Shown here: piece after piece, positions 1 to 6,304 of the stretch | How positions within the stretch are numbered: position 1 is the stretch's first letter | Layout of the letters: each line of letters starts with the position of its first letter | NCBI GenBank assembly: GCA_050506795.1 | Contig: JBJHCF010000065.1 | Location: 1-18,036, forward strand | Reading direction: 5' to 3' | DNA: 18,036 nt | From: Opitutia bacterium | GTDB taxonomy: Bacteria > Verrucomicrobiota > Verrucomicrobiia > Opitutales > T3Sed10-336 | Notes under the pieces: model-generated | What the model was told of the DNA's origin: nothing | The model's input: only the letters and a program-made list of their open reading frames with translations | Databases searched by the model: none | Program-made: the position numbers and the translations under genes

Positions 1-1548
1 GCGTGGGAGACGGATACGGCGGAGGTATTGGGCTTGGAAGCGGAGGCAGTCGCCGCGCATGCGCAAGGAGTAGGTGGCCACGAAGGCGTTGGCCAGGCGG
101 CTGCGGAGGACGGTTTGCAGGGCGCGCAGGTCCCATTCACTTGAGGTGATATAATAGAGGTTGTGGTGGGGGTAGAACTCGCCCTTGTCGTAGGCGACCT
201 GGGGTTCGCCCTGAATGTCGGGGATCACCAGTTTCGGCGTGCCGGAGAGTGCGGGGTAGATGCGATCAATGGTCTTGAACCAGGCGTGTGGATTCTTCTT
301 GGCGACGTGACGGCCTTGGATTTGGTTGCGGTGGGTGTCGAGGTAGGCCTTGAATTTCGGGAATTCGTCGGGGTCGACCAGGCCGGGGTGGTCGGCGTCG
401 AAGGGGTTGAGTACGTATTTTCCGGTCCATTCAACGCGGTTGTTTTTGAGATCCCGTCGAGTGAGCAGGGGCAATTTGCGCTCGGGCTCGACGTCGAGTT
501 CGGCATCCGTGCCGATATAAACCTTGTCGGCCCCGGTGGCGACGCCGATGCCGACTTTACAGCCCGCCTCTTCCAAAGTGGGGAGGCTGCGTTCCAGGTG
601 TTGAATGACCGTGAGCCGCGAAGCATTGGAGAGGAGCCATGGGGCGCGACTGTCGGCGATGCCATCCATTTCCTTGATCCGGGGATCCGGCCGATGGTTG
701 AGCAAGCATTCGGCCAGTTCTGGCAGCGCCTCGCAGTGAACATCCTCTTTTTCGATCACGCGGGTCGTGCTTCCGGGGCCATTCCGAATCACGGTGACGG
801 CGGGGTAGGCGATGACTTCGCCGTGAAAGGCATCCACACCCGTAAAGTCAACGTAGGTCTCCATGTGGAAGGTGTCGGCGATCATTTCGCGGAGCGGACC
901 GCCGTAGCGGTTTTTTATCCAGCGGTTGGCGCAGATGTAGCCAAGTTTGCCCCCGGGTTCGAGTAGGGAAAGGCCTTTTTCAAAGAAGGCGATGTAGAGG
1001 TCCGCGCGATCATACATGGTGCGGAACAGCGCCCGGTAGCGCTGCATCAAGGGCCTTGGCAGCGACTCGATGCGCAGGTAGGGCGGGTTGCCGACAGCAT
1101 GGGTGAAGCCCGTCGTGAACGGACGGCTGAGAAAATCCGCGTGTTGCAGCCAGGCATCGGTGAGGGTTTGGATTTCCGGTGTCGTGAAGCCGGATTCTTT
1201 CAGTTCGAGGCTAACGCGTTGTTTCAGGGTGTCGTAGGCAACCCGATTGACTTCGACGGCATAGAGACAGGGTTTCAATTGTTCGGCGGTGGCATCCGGG
1301 GCATCCTCGAGCAGACGCCGAAGGGCGGGTATCAAAAAATCGCCGGAACCGCAGGAGGGTTCCAACAGGCGTTTCGACAAAAGGTTTTGGCCCACCCGCC
1401 AGCCGACCAGATCGAGGATGAAACCGGCGACTTCCGGCTTGGTAAAGACCTCCCCTCGGGTTTCCGCCGCTGACTCCGCCCAGTAATGAACCGCGTCAAG
1501 CGACTCTATGCCAGGCAGCGGGATGTCGAGTTGTGTCGCGATAGGCAT
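1..1548 (-). CDS. Type II N6-adenine DNA methyltransferase (Eco57I/TaqI-like gamma class, resembling M.PaeR7I/M.XhoI); 3' end runs off the window
   Basis: Manual minus-strand translation from ATG at 1548: [13 protein letters not shown]...[19 protein letters not shown]...[12 protein letters not shown] (motif I, SAM binding)...[11 protein letters not shown] (motif IV)...[14 protein letters not shown]...[13 protein letters not shown]...[11 protein letters not shown]...[20 protein letters not shown]. Open for 516 codons to base 1 with no stop, hence absent from the ORF track. Confidence 0.93.
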   Translation of the reverse strand, partial: MPIATQLDIPLPGIESLDAVHYWAESAAETRGEVFTKPEVAGFILDLVGWRVGQNLLSKRLLEPSCGSGDFLIPALRRLLEDAPDATAEQLKPCLYAVEVNRVAYDTLKQRVSLELKESGFTTPEIQTLTDAWLQHADFLSRPFTTGFTHAVGNPPYLRIESLPRPLMQRYRALFRTMYDRADLYIAFFEKGLSLLEPGGKLGYICANRWIKNRYGGPLREMIADTFHMETYVDFTGVDAFHGEVIAYPAVTVIRNGPGSTTRVIEKEDVHCEALPELAECLLNHRPDPRIKEMDGIADSRAPWLLSNASRLTVIQHLERSLPTLEEAGCKVGIGVATGADKVYIGTDAELDVEPERKLPLLTRRDLKNNRVEWTGKYVLNPFDADHPGLVDPDEFPKFKAYLDTHRNQIQGRHVAKKNPHAWFKTIDRIYPALSGTPKLVIPDIQGEPQVAYDKGEFYPHHNLYYITSSEWDLRALQTVLRSRLANAFVATYSLRMRGDCLRFQAQYLRRIRLPR

Positions 1549-1616
1549 GGCGGATCGGTGAACAATAATTCAGTCCTTAATTGAGTGCCTCGGTGGAAAT
1601 GAGGCAAGGGTTAAAT

Positions 1617-1683
1617 GGGGGGCGAGGGGGGATGGTGGAGTATTGGAGGGATGGAGGGTTGGGGTGATGGGAGAGGGAAGGGG
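1617..1683 (+). repeat. G-rich tract with five degenerate 8-bp tandem units ending in TGG
   Basis: 1631-1670 reads GATGGTGG AGTATTGG AGGGATGG AGGGTTGG GGTGATGG; about eight runs of three or more G lie within 1617-1683. Confidence 0.6.
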
Positions 1684-1721
1684 CGTTGGTGGAAGCTGGG
1701 GATTGCCCTCCGGCTTGCACT

Positions 1722-1740
1722 GTCGACGCGGATAAGCGCC
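1722..1740 (+). repeat. 19-bp direct repeat, second copy at 6159-6177
   Basis: GTCGACGCGGATAAGCGCC is identical at both sites; both continue with NTNGAGGA. Confidence 0.85.
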
Positions 1741-1832
1741 ATGGAGGAACGTGAGGTGGCGGTGGCCAGGTCGCCAAATGGATCGGATTTGGCGGCGTTG
1801 AGCGGTAGGGCAATAAAGGGGAAAAACTGCGC

Positions 1833-1870
1833 TTGACAATACTACCAGAGTAGTACTAACGGTGTAATAT
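1833..1870 (+). promoter_or_regulatory. Putative promoter and tandem palindromic operator of the blaI-like gene
   Basis: TTGACA at 1833-1838; palindrome TACTAC-CAGA-GTAGTA (1840-1855) overlapped by an imperfect second copy TACTAA-CGGT-GTAATA (1854-1869); TAATAT at 1865-1870; ATG at 1875. BlaI/MecI/CopY repressors bind dyads overlapping their own promoter. The -35/-10 spacing is non-canonical. Confidence 0.7.
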
Positions 1871-1874
1871 CAAA

Positions 1875-2261
1875 ATGAAAGAACCCGCTCCAACACGCCT
1901 CGGCAATCTGCAGTTGAAGATTCTGAAACTGTTTTGGGAAAATGGTGAATCGACCGTTGCCGACATTCACCGGGCGCTCTCGAAGCAAAAGGTTTACGCC
2001 TACACGACGATCGCCACCATGCTTCGCAAGATGGAAGATCGCGGACTCCTGAGGCACCGGGTCGAGGGACGCAGTTTCATCTATCGTGCCGCGGTTCAGG
2101 AGCGGGCGGTCAGCCGCCGGATGGCGGGGGACCTTCTCGACCGGCTTTTCGAAGGCAGCCTTGCCGACATGGTAAGTCACCTTCTCACCGCCCGCGAGGT
2201 CAGTGGCGACGAACTCGCCCGCCTCGAACGTCTCATCGCCGAAAGGAAGAAAAAGAAATGA
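1875..2261 (+). CDS. BlaI/MecI/CopY family transcriptional repressor
   Basis: LGNLQLKILKLFWENGESTVADIH...AYTTIATMLRKMEDRGLL...GRSFIYRA...LLDRLFEGSLADMVSHLL...ELARLERLI; ATGA overlap with the downstream M56 gene. Confidence 0.95.
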   Translation: MKEPAPTRLGNLQLKILKLFWENGESTVADIHRALSKQKVYAYTTIATMLRKMEDRGLLRHRVEGRSFIYRAAVQERAVSRRMAGDLLDRLFEGSLADMVSHLLTAREVSGDELARLERLIAERKKKK

Positions 2262-4249
2262 ATGTCTCCCCCGACCTCGGATTCTGGAGCGGTTTGTTCA
2301 CGACCCTCGCCCTGCAAACGATTTGTGTCGTCGCGGTGACCGCCGCGGCGTGCCACTTCGTCCGCTCCGCCCAATGGCGGCGGACTTTCTGGCGGGGTTG
2401 CGTGGTGTGCCTGGTTTTAGTGCCGGCCGGAGAACTGACCGGGATCGGCCGCGGCTTGACGGAATGGACGGCAGCAAGGGTTTTGTCCGGGGGAGCCGAA
2501 ATCGTTGGTGAAGCCTCTCCGGCGGGGCAACGCGGCGAACCCGACTTTGTTGTGACCACCTCCGAAGCGCCGGTCACGGATTCGCGTGGCGCCGGGGAAC
2601 CGGCTTCGGCCGGATCGCCGCCGGTGTTATGGCCGGTTCTTCTCTGGCTGGGCGGCTTTGTTGTCTTACTGCTTCGTATGGGGATCGCCCGCGCGCTTTG
2701 TTTCGGGGTGCGTCTGCGAAATCGCCGAGCGCCCCCGGGCGCGGCCGCCGCGGTGACTTCCCTCGCGCGCCGAATGGGGATCAATGGGCGTATTCGGATA
2801 TTGGAGTCAGGCGGATTGAAGGGACCGATTGTGTTCGGGTTGCTGAAACCCACAATCGTATTGCCCGAAGGATTTGAAGGAGAGTTCAAGCCGGAGCAGC
2901 GCCAGGCGATGCTCGCGCACGAACTGGCGCATCTGGCCGGTCGCGATCCGTTGTGGCATTCGCTGGCGGACGCGGCGGGCGCAGTGCTCTGGTGGAATCC
3001 GTTCGTCTGGTGGGCGCGACAGCGGTTGCGGGTCGCGAGCGAACAGTGCGCCGACGAGGCCAGCGCGGTCGTTCCCGGGGGACCCCAAGCCCTCGCCGAG
3101 TCGCTGGTCCTGTTGGGCGGGAGGCTCAGCCGGGTGGAGTCGGTGGCCGGGCTCGGGATCGGGGGCGGGTTTCGATCGAATCTGGGCCGGCGCGTTGAGC
3201 GTTTGCTGGGCGACCAGCGCGTTACCTGGAAGCCGGTCAGTGCGCGCGGCCGCCTGTGGGCGGCGTTCGTTGCCGGCGCGGCTGTCCTCAGCCTGACATT
3301 CGGCGGAGCACTATTGTCGGGAACGGGTATCGCGGCTTCCGAAGCCAAACCCCTGGGACAGTCGATCCGGTCCTCCTGGCAGCAGTCCGCGCCTGCCCTG
3401 GCGCTGGCCACATCCCTGGAGCGTCCCGGTCGAGGCGATGCGCGGCGTGCGTCGGAGGCGTCCGGAAGAACCGATGAGCCAGCGGTCGATCGGCCCGGTG
3501 AGGATGCCTCTGAGCCGTCCGCCGACGTCGAAGCTACTGCGAGAGCAGTCGAAGTCACGGCTCACTTTTTCGAATTCCCGAACTCGGAGGATGTTCTCAT
3601 GTGGTTGATGGAAGTCGGGAGCCATTTTGAGATGGAGGACATCGGACCTGAGTTGAACGATCATTCCGGGATGTTGCCCGAAGGTATCCCAAATTCGTTT
3701 GTCCGCCGACTTACCGGAATCGTGTCGGTAACCGACATTCGTGCCGAGCTTGACGAAGTACAAAGAGTGGGGCCGGCCGGGAGTGACTTGTTGAGTTCAC
3801 CGAAAGTCACCGTCTTTTCCGGCCACCGGGCATCCATCCGGGTTAGCCAGGATGATCCGGAGGGCGTTCCGAATGGAGTAATCACCGATGTCATTCCGAC
3901 GGTGGACGAGGATCGCGGCATCATCAGTCTGACGTTGACGGCCTCGGTTATAGAAACCGTCGAAGAAGAACTCGAAACGGGCTTTCGTTGGCCGTGGCGT
4001 CGCGGAGACGCGGCCGGTGGTTCCGGCCAGGAGGAGGTTGGGGCTGAAGACCGGTATCGCGTCCGGCAAGTGAGCCTGGACGACTTTGAACTGCCGCTCG
4101 GAAAAAGCGTCATGATACATGGGGTCAGGGATGACGAGTACGAACGTGAGAGGGACCTCTATATTTTCATAACTCCGAGACTGGTCGAGGAGTCGGATCA
4201 CACCGATCCGGCAATGATCCGAAGGGAGCTCGAAAGCGCGCCTCGCTGA
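2258..4249 (+). CDS. M56 family (BlaR1/MecR1-like) membrane metallopeptidase with C-terminal secretin-like domain
   Basis: N-terminal hydrophobic helices, GPIVFGLLKPTIVLP, zinc motif HELAH, WWNPFVW, EQCADE and a further TM helix. C-terminus has LLSSPKVTVFSGHRASIRV...VIPTVDEDRGIISLTL...RDLYIFITPRLV, typical secretin-domain motifs. Confidence 0.88.
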   Translation: MNVSPDLGFWSGLFTTLALQTICVVAVTAAACHFVRSAQWRRTFWRGCVVCLVLVPAGELTGIGRGLTEWTAARVLSGGAEIVGEASPAGQRGEPDFVVTTSEAPVTDSRGAGEPASAGSPPVLWPVLLWLGGFVVLLLRMGIARALCFGVRLRNRRAPPGAAAAVTSLARRMGINGRIRILESGGLKGPIVFGLLKPTIVLPEGFEGEFKPEQRQAMLAHELAHLAGRDPLWHSLADAAGAVLWWNPFVWWARQRLRVASEQCADEASAVVPGGPQALAESLVLLGGRLSRVESVAGLGIGGGFRSNLGRRVERLLGDQRVTWKPVSARGRLWAAFVAGAAVLSLTFGGALLSGTGIAASEAKPLGQSIRSSWQQSAPALALATSLERPGRGDARRASEASGRTDEPAVDRPGEDASEPSADVEATARAVEVTAHFFEFPNSEDVLMWLMEVGSHFEMEDIGPELNDHSGMLPEGIPNSFVRRLTGIVSVTDIRAELDEVQRVGPAGSDLLSSPKVTVFSGHRASIRVSQDDPEGVPNGVITDVIPTVDEDRGIISLTLTASVIETVEEELETGFRWPWRRGDAAGGSGQEEVGAEDRYRVRQVSLDDFELPLGKSVMIHGVRDDEYERERDLYIFITPRLVEESDHTDPAMIRRELESAPR

Positions 4250-4290
4250 ACCCGCCGGCTGAATGATGAGGTTGCGGGATTCGTGAGTCA

Positions 4291-4313
4291 GTAGCGCCCG
4301 GCTTAAGCGGGCG
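4291..4313 (+). repeat. GTAG-tagged REP-like hairpin (may also act as a terminator)
   Basis: GTAG-CGCCCG-GCTTAAG-CGGGCG, 41 bp after the M56 stop. Confidence 0.5.
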
Positions 4314-4349
4314 TCTGTGCGGCGTGAGGACAACCGTTCTTAAAACGAT

Positions 4350-4378
4350 TTGACAGGTGCCTTTTGGGCACACATATT
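4350..4378 (+). promoter_or_regulatory. Sigma70-type promoter of the TA operon with an internal operator palindrome
   Basis: TTGACA (4350-4355), 17-bp spacer, CATATT (4373-4378); the spacer contains GTGCC-TTTTG-GGCAC (4357-4371). Confidence 0.72.
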
Positions 4379-4384
4379 GGGTTG

Positions 4385-4669
4385 GTGAAGTTTGACTGGG
4401 ATCCAGGAAAAAACGAGTGCCTGAAGAGAGAAAGGAGTATCTCGTTCGAGGAGTTGGCTCTGCTGTTGGCTGCGGGACGGCTTTGGAAAACTACAGCGCA
4501 CCCGAACCAGCGAAAGTATCCGAATCAGCGTGTGTTTTTAGTCCCGGTTGACGGTTACATATACTTTGTCCCCTATGTGATTGATGGTGAAACAATCTTC
4601 CTCAAGACCGCTTTTCCCCACCGGAAAGCGACCCAGGATTTTTTAAAGGAGAAGAAGGAAAATGAATGA
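4385..4669 (+). CDS. BrnT-like toxin (RelE-fold ribonuclease) of a type II TA system
   Basis: From GTG 4385: MKFDWDPGKNECLKRERSISFEE...HPNQRKYPNQRVFLV...YIYFVPYV...IFLKTAFPHRKAT. The FDW..KN..L...R.ISFEE start is characteristic; overlaps the antitoxin gene. Confidence 0.85.
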   Translation: MKFDWDPGKNECLKRERSISFEELALLLAAGRLWKTTAHPNQRKYPNQRVFLVPVDGYIYFVPYVIDGETIFLKTAFPHRKATQDFLKEKKENE

Positions 4670-4928
4670 CGAAGAAAAATATCTGTCGGAAAGCTATGAT
4701 CGCGGAAGACTCAAACTAGAGGATCCCTCGGACGAGCTATTGCAGCTTTTAGCTGATGCAGGCGAGAATACCTTTAAGAAGGACAAGCGGATAAACATCC
4801 GTCTGAGCAGTCACGACCTAATGGGAATCCAGCGCAAAGCGGCTCGCAAAGGAATTCCCTATCAAGCCCTAATCTCGGGTTTGATTCATCAGTATGTCGA
4901 GGGCGAACTGCAGGAAACACAGAAGTGA
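4662..4928 (+). CDS. BrnA/CopG-like ribbon-helix-helix antitoxin
   Basis: Acidic N-terminus then KKDKRINIRLSSHDLMGIQRKAARKGIPYQALISGLIHQYVEG; toxin-first gene order as in brnTA. Confidence 0.85.
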   Translation: MNDEEKYLSESYDRGRLKLEDPSDELLQLLADAGENTFKKDKRINIRLSSHDLMGIQRKAARKGIPYQALISGLIHQYVEGELQETQK

Positions 4929-4962
4929 GAACAAGCAGCGAGGCGAAGCCTCAGACCCAAAC

Positions 4963-5034
4963 GTAGGATCGGCGCTTCCGCCGATTGATCGGGACTTCGG
5001 CGAGCTCAGTCGAGGCGCGAAGGCCCGATCCTAC
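4963..5034. repeat. Inverted GTAG-REP doublet (REPIN-like) containing a second palindrome type
   Basis: GTAGGATCGG (4963-4972) pairs with CCGATCCTAC (5025-5034); inner GACT-TCGGCGAGCTC-AGTC at 4993-5011. Confidence 0.72.
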
Positions 5035-5165
5035 AAATTCGAGCTCTGTTTCGAAAACTTGACTCATCTGCAACAACTTTTCGTGTTTTAGGACTCTAGC
5101 CTGAATGGCGCTCGGTTAAGAACATTGTCCGATGCTGCAGGCTCTGGCCTATCACGGAATTTTTG

Positions 5166-5253
5166 ACCACAGATGGCTCAGATGGGCACAGATTCAAAAA
5201 CAACGAACCAGGAACCCTCGCCCCTATCTGTGACCATCTGGGAAATCTGTGGT
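5166..5253. repeat. Inverted pair of three-unit CAGAT tandem repeats nested in the MITE
   Basis: ACCACAGAT-GGCTCAGAT-GGGCACAGAT (5166-5193) versus reverse complement of 5226-5253, ACCACAGAT-TTCCCAGAT-GGTCACAGAT. Confidence 0.8.
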
Positions 5254-5278
5254 TAAAGTTCGGTTCTTGGTTCGGGGT

Positions 5279-5302
5279 CATCCCCCCAAGGCGGGATGCT
5301 AC
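5279..5302 (-). repeat. GTAG-tagged REP-like hairpin
   Basis: Minus strand reads GTAG-CATCCC-GCCTTGGG-GGGATG. Confidence 0.45.
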
Positions 5303-5333
5303 GATCAAGCGCCTTATCCGAGTGCCATTCACT

Positions 5334-5546
5334 CTAGCCTGGATAATTCGCGCTTGTGGGCGAGAGACGGAGCGAAGCGGAGATGGGCGAATCCGCAGGA
5401 TTCGGGGCGAAGCCCTGAGCCGCAGGCGAATCAATTGCGCAAAATATCGGACGTCAAAAAAGTTTCGCACCCGATTCAACCATAACGAATTCATAGAAAA
5501 TACCTTAAGTCGTTTTTTGCGCAATCCGGTGAATAATTCAGGCTAG
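5334..5546. mobile_element. 213-bp CTAG-bounded MITE-like element
   Basis: Left end CTAGCCTGGATAATTC (5334-5349); right end reverse complement CTAGCCTGAATTATTC (5531-5546); 14/16 identical. CTAG at both ends may be the target duplication. Confidence 0.7.
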
Positions 5547-5811
5547 TATGAGCTGGCCTGACTTGGATAATCGGTGGTGGTTCGGTCGTACACCCTTCAA
5601 GCCGCACGTTCACTTCGGTGCCGGCTCGCTCGGACTCTTCGGCTTCGCTGAGCAGTCGGGCCACGACGTTCTCGTCCACGTATTCCTCGCCGCAATTTTC
5701 ACAGACTTGGGCCGGAACGCCTTTCACGACAAGGGTCGTCGCGCCACGCTCAAGAGTGACGGTTGCCTTGCCTGGAACAGTTTCACCATGCTTGCAGATG
5801 GGACACTTCAT
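5491..5811 (-). CDS. YgiT-type/MqsA-like zinc-finger protein (orphan antitoxin-like), aberrant C-terminus
   Basis: From ATG 5811: MKCPICKHGETVPGKATVTLERGATTLVVKGVPAQVCENCGEEYVDENVVARLL (CxxC...CxxC). After ...EVNVR the frame reads into unrelated sequence and stops inside the CTAG MITE. Confidence 0.8.
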   Translation of the reverse strand: MKCPICKHGETVPGKATVTLERGATTLVVKGVPAQVCENCGEEYVDENVVARLLSEAEESERAGTEVNVRLEGCTTEPPPIIQVRPAHTSLNYSPDCAKNDLRYFL

Positions 5812-6037
5812 GGACTGGCGACGGGTGGTAACCGATTGGGGCCGAGTTCCGGGTCGCCCGCGTGTAAAGGATGCAGGCGACAACGTCTGAATCGATTTCC
5901 GCGACCCAGGCAAAGAAGGGGCCATTCCCCGAAACAACCGCCGAATAAATACGGGATTCGATCCTGCTCGGGGCAAATGAGGTATCGAGGAGCTCCCGAA
6001 TCCGGTCATCATCCTCTTTGGTAGCTGGTCGAATCAT
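5783..6037 (-). pseudogene. Truncated GNAT-family N-acetyltransferase (N-terminal half)
   Basis: MIRPATKEDDDRIRELLDTSF...E...FAWVAEIDSDVVACILYT...IGYHPSPV matches the GNAT N-terminal strands but breaks off before the acetyl-CoA motif (Q/RxxGxG), where the zinc-finger gene begins. Confidence 0.65.
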
Positions 6038-6110
6038 TCCTGATGAGTACCGGAATTGTGTCTAACGCACAAGGTGCTGTTTTTGCAAAGCAGCATGTAA
6101 ATAAACCAAA

Positions 6111-6131
6111 GCCCTTCGACAAGCTCAGGGC
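6111..6131 (+). repeat. REP-like palindrome GCCCT-TCGACAAGCTC-AGGGC (variants at 4993-5011 and 6223-6241)
   Basis: Three copies share a TCG...GCTC core closed by different complementary stems. Confidence 0.65.
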
Positions 6132-6304
6132 ATTGCTTCGCCATCTGCGCTACGCTCCGTCGACGCGGATAAGCGCCTTAGAGGATTGAAAGGGGTTGGG
6201 TTCTTCGGGGCCTGCCATGAGTCCCTCGGCTTTGCTCGGGGTTTTCAACAAGTGGAGCGGAGCGGAACGCGTCGACGGAGCGCATCGTAGATGGCAAAGC
6301 AATG
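6131..6304. repeat. 174-bp element bounded by 37-bp inverted repeats
   Basis: CATTGCTTCGCCATCTGCGCTACGCTCCGTCGACGCG (6131-6167) versus reverse complement of 6268-6304, CATTGCTTTGCCATCTACGATGCGCTCCGTCGACGCG; 33/37 identical. Confidence 0.85.

Larger units (their letters stand above)
5103..5330. mobile_element. 228-bp MITE with IS4-family-like ends and a 10-bp target-site duplication
   Basis: TIRs GAATGGCGCTCGGTTAAG (5103-5120) and reverse complement GAATGGCACTCGGATAAG (5313-5330), 16/18 identical; flanked by perfect direct repeat ACTCTAGCCT (5093-5102, 5331-5340); no transposase inside. Confidence 0.88.

Noticed and set aside
163..1486. Plus-strand ORFs 163-966, 1099-1473, 1289-1486 and minus ORF 225-743
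   Set aside because: Shadow or off-frame ORFs of the minus-strand methyltransferase.
1875..4249. Beta-lactam resistance locus (blaI-blaR1-blaZ)
   Set aside because: No beta-lactamase gene nearby and no recognisable penicillin-binding domain in the M56 protein.
5096..5546. ORFs 5096-5524, 5163-5546 and 5249-5485 as possible transposase fragments
   Set aside because: No DDE or HUH motifs; they cross MITE boundaries and repeat DNA.
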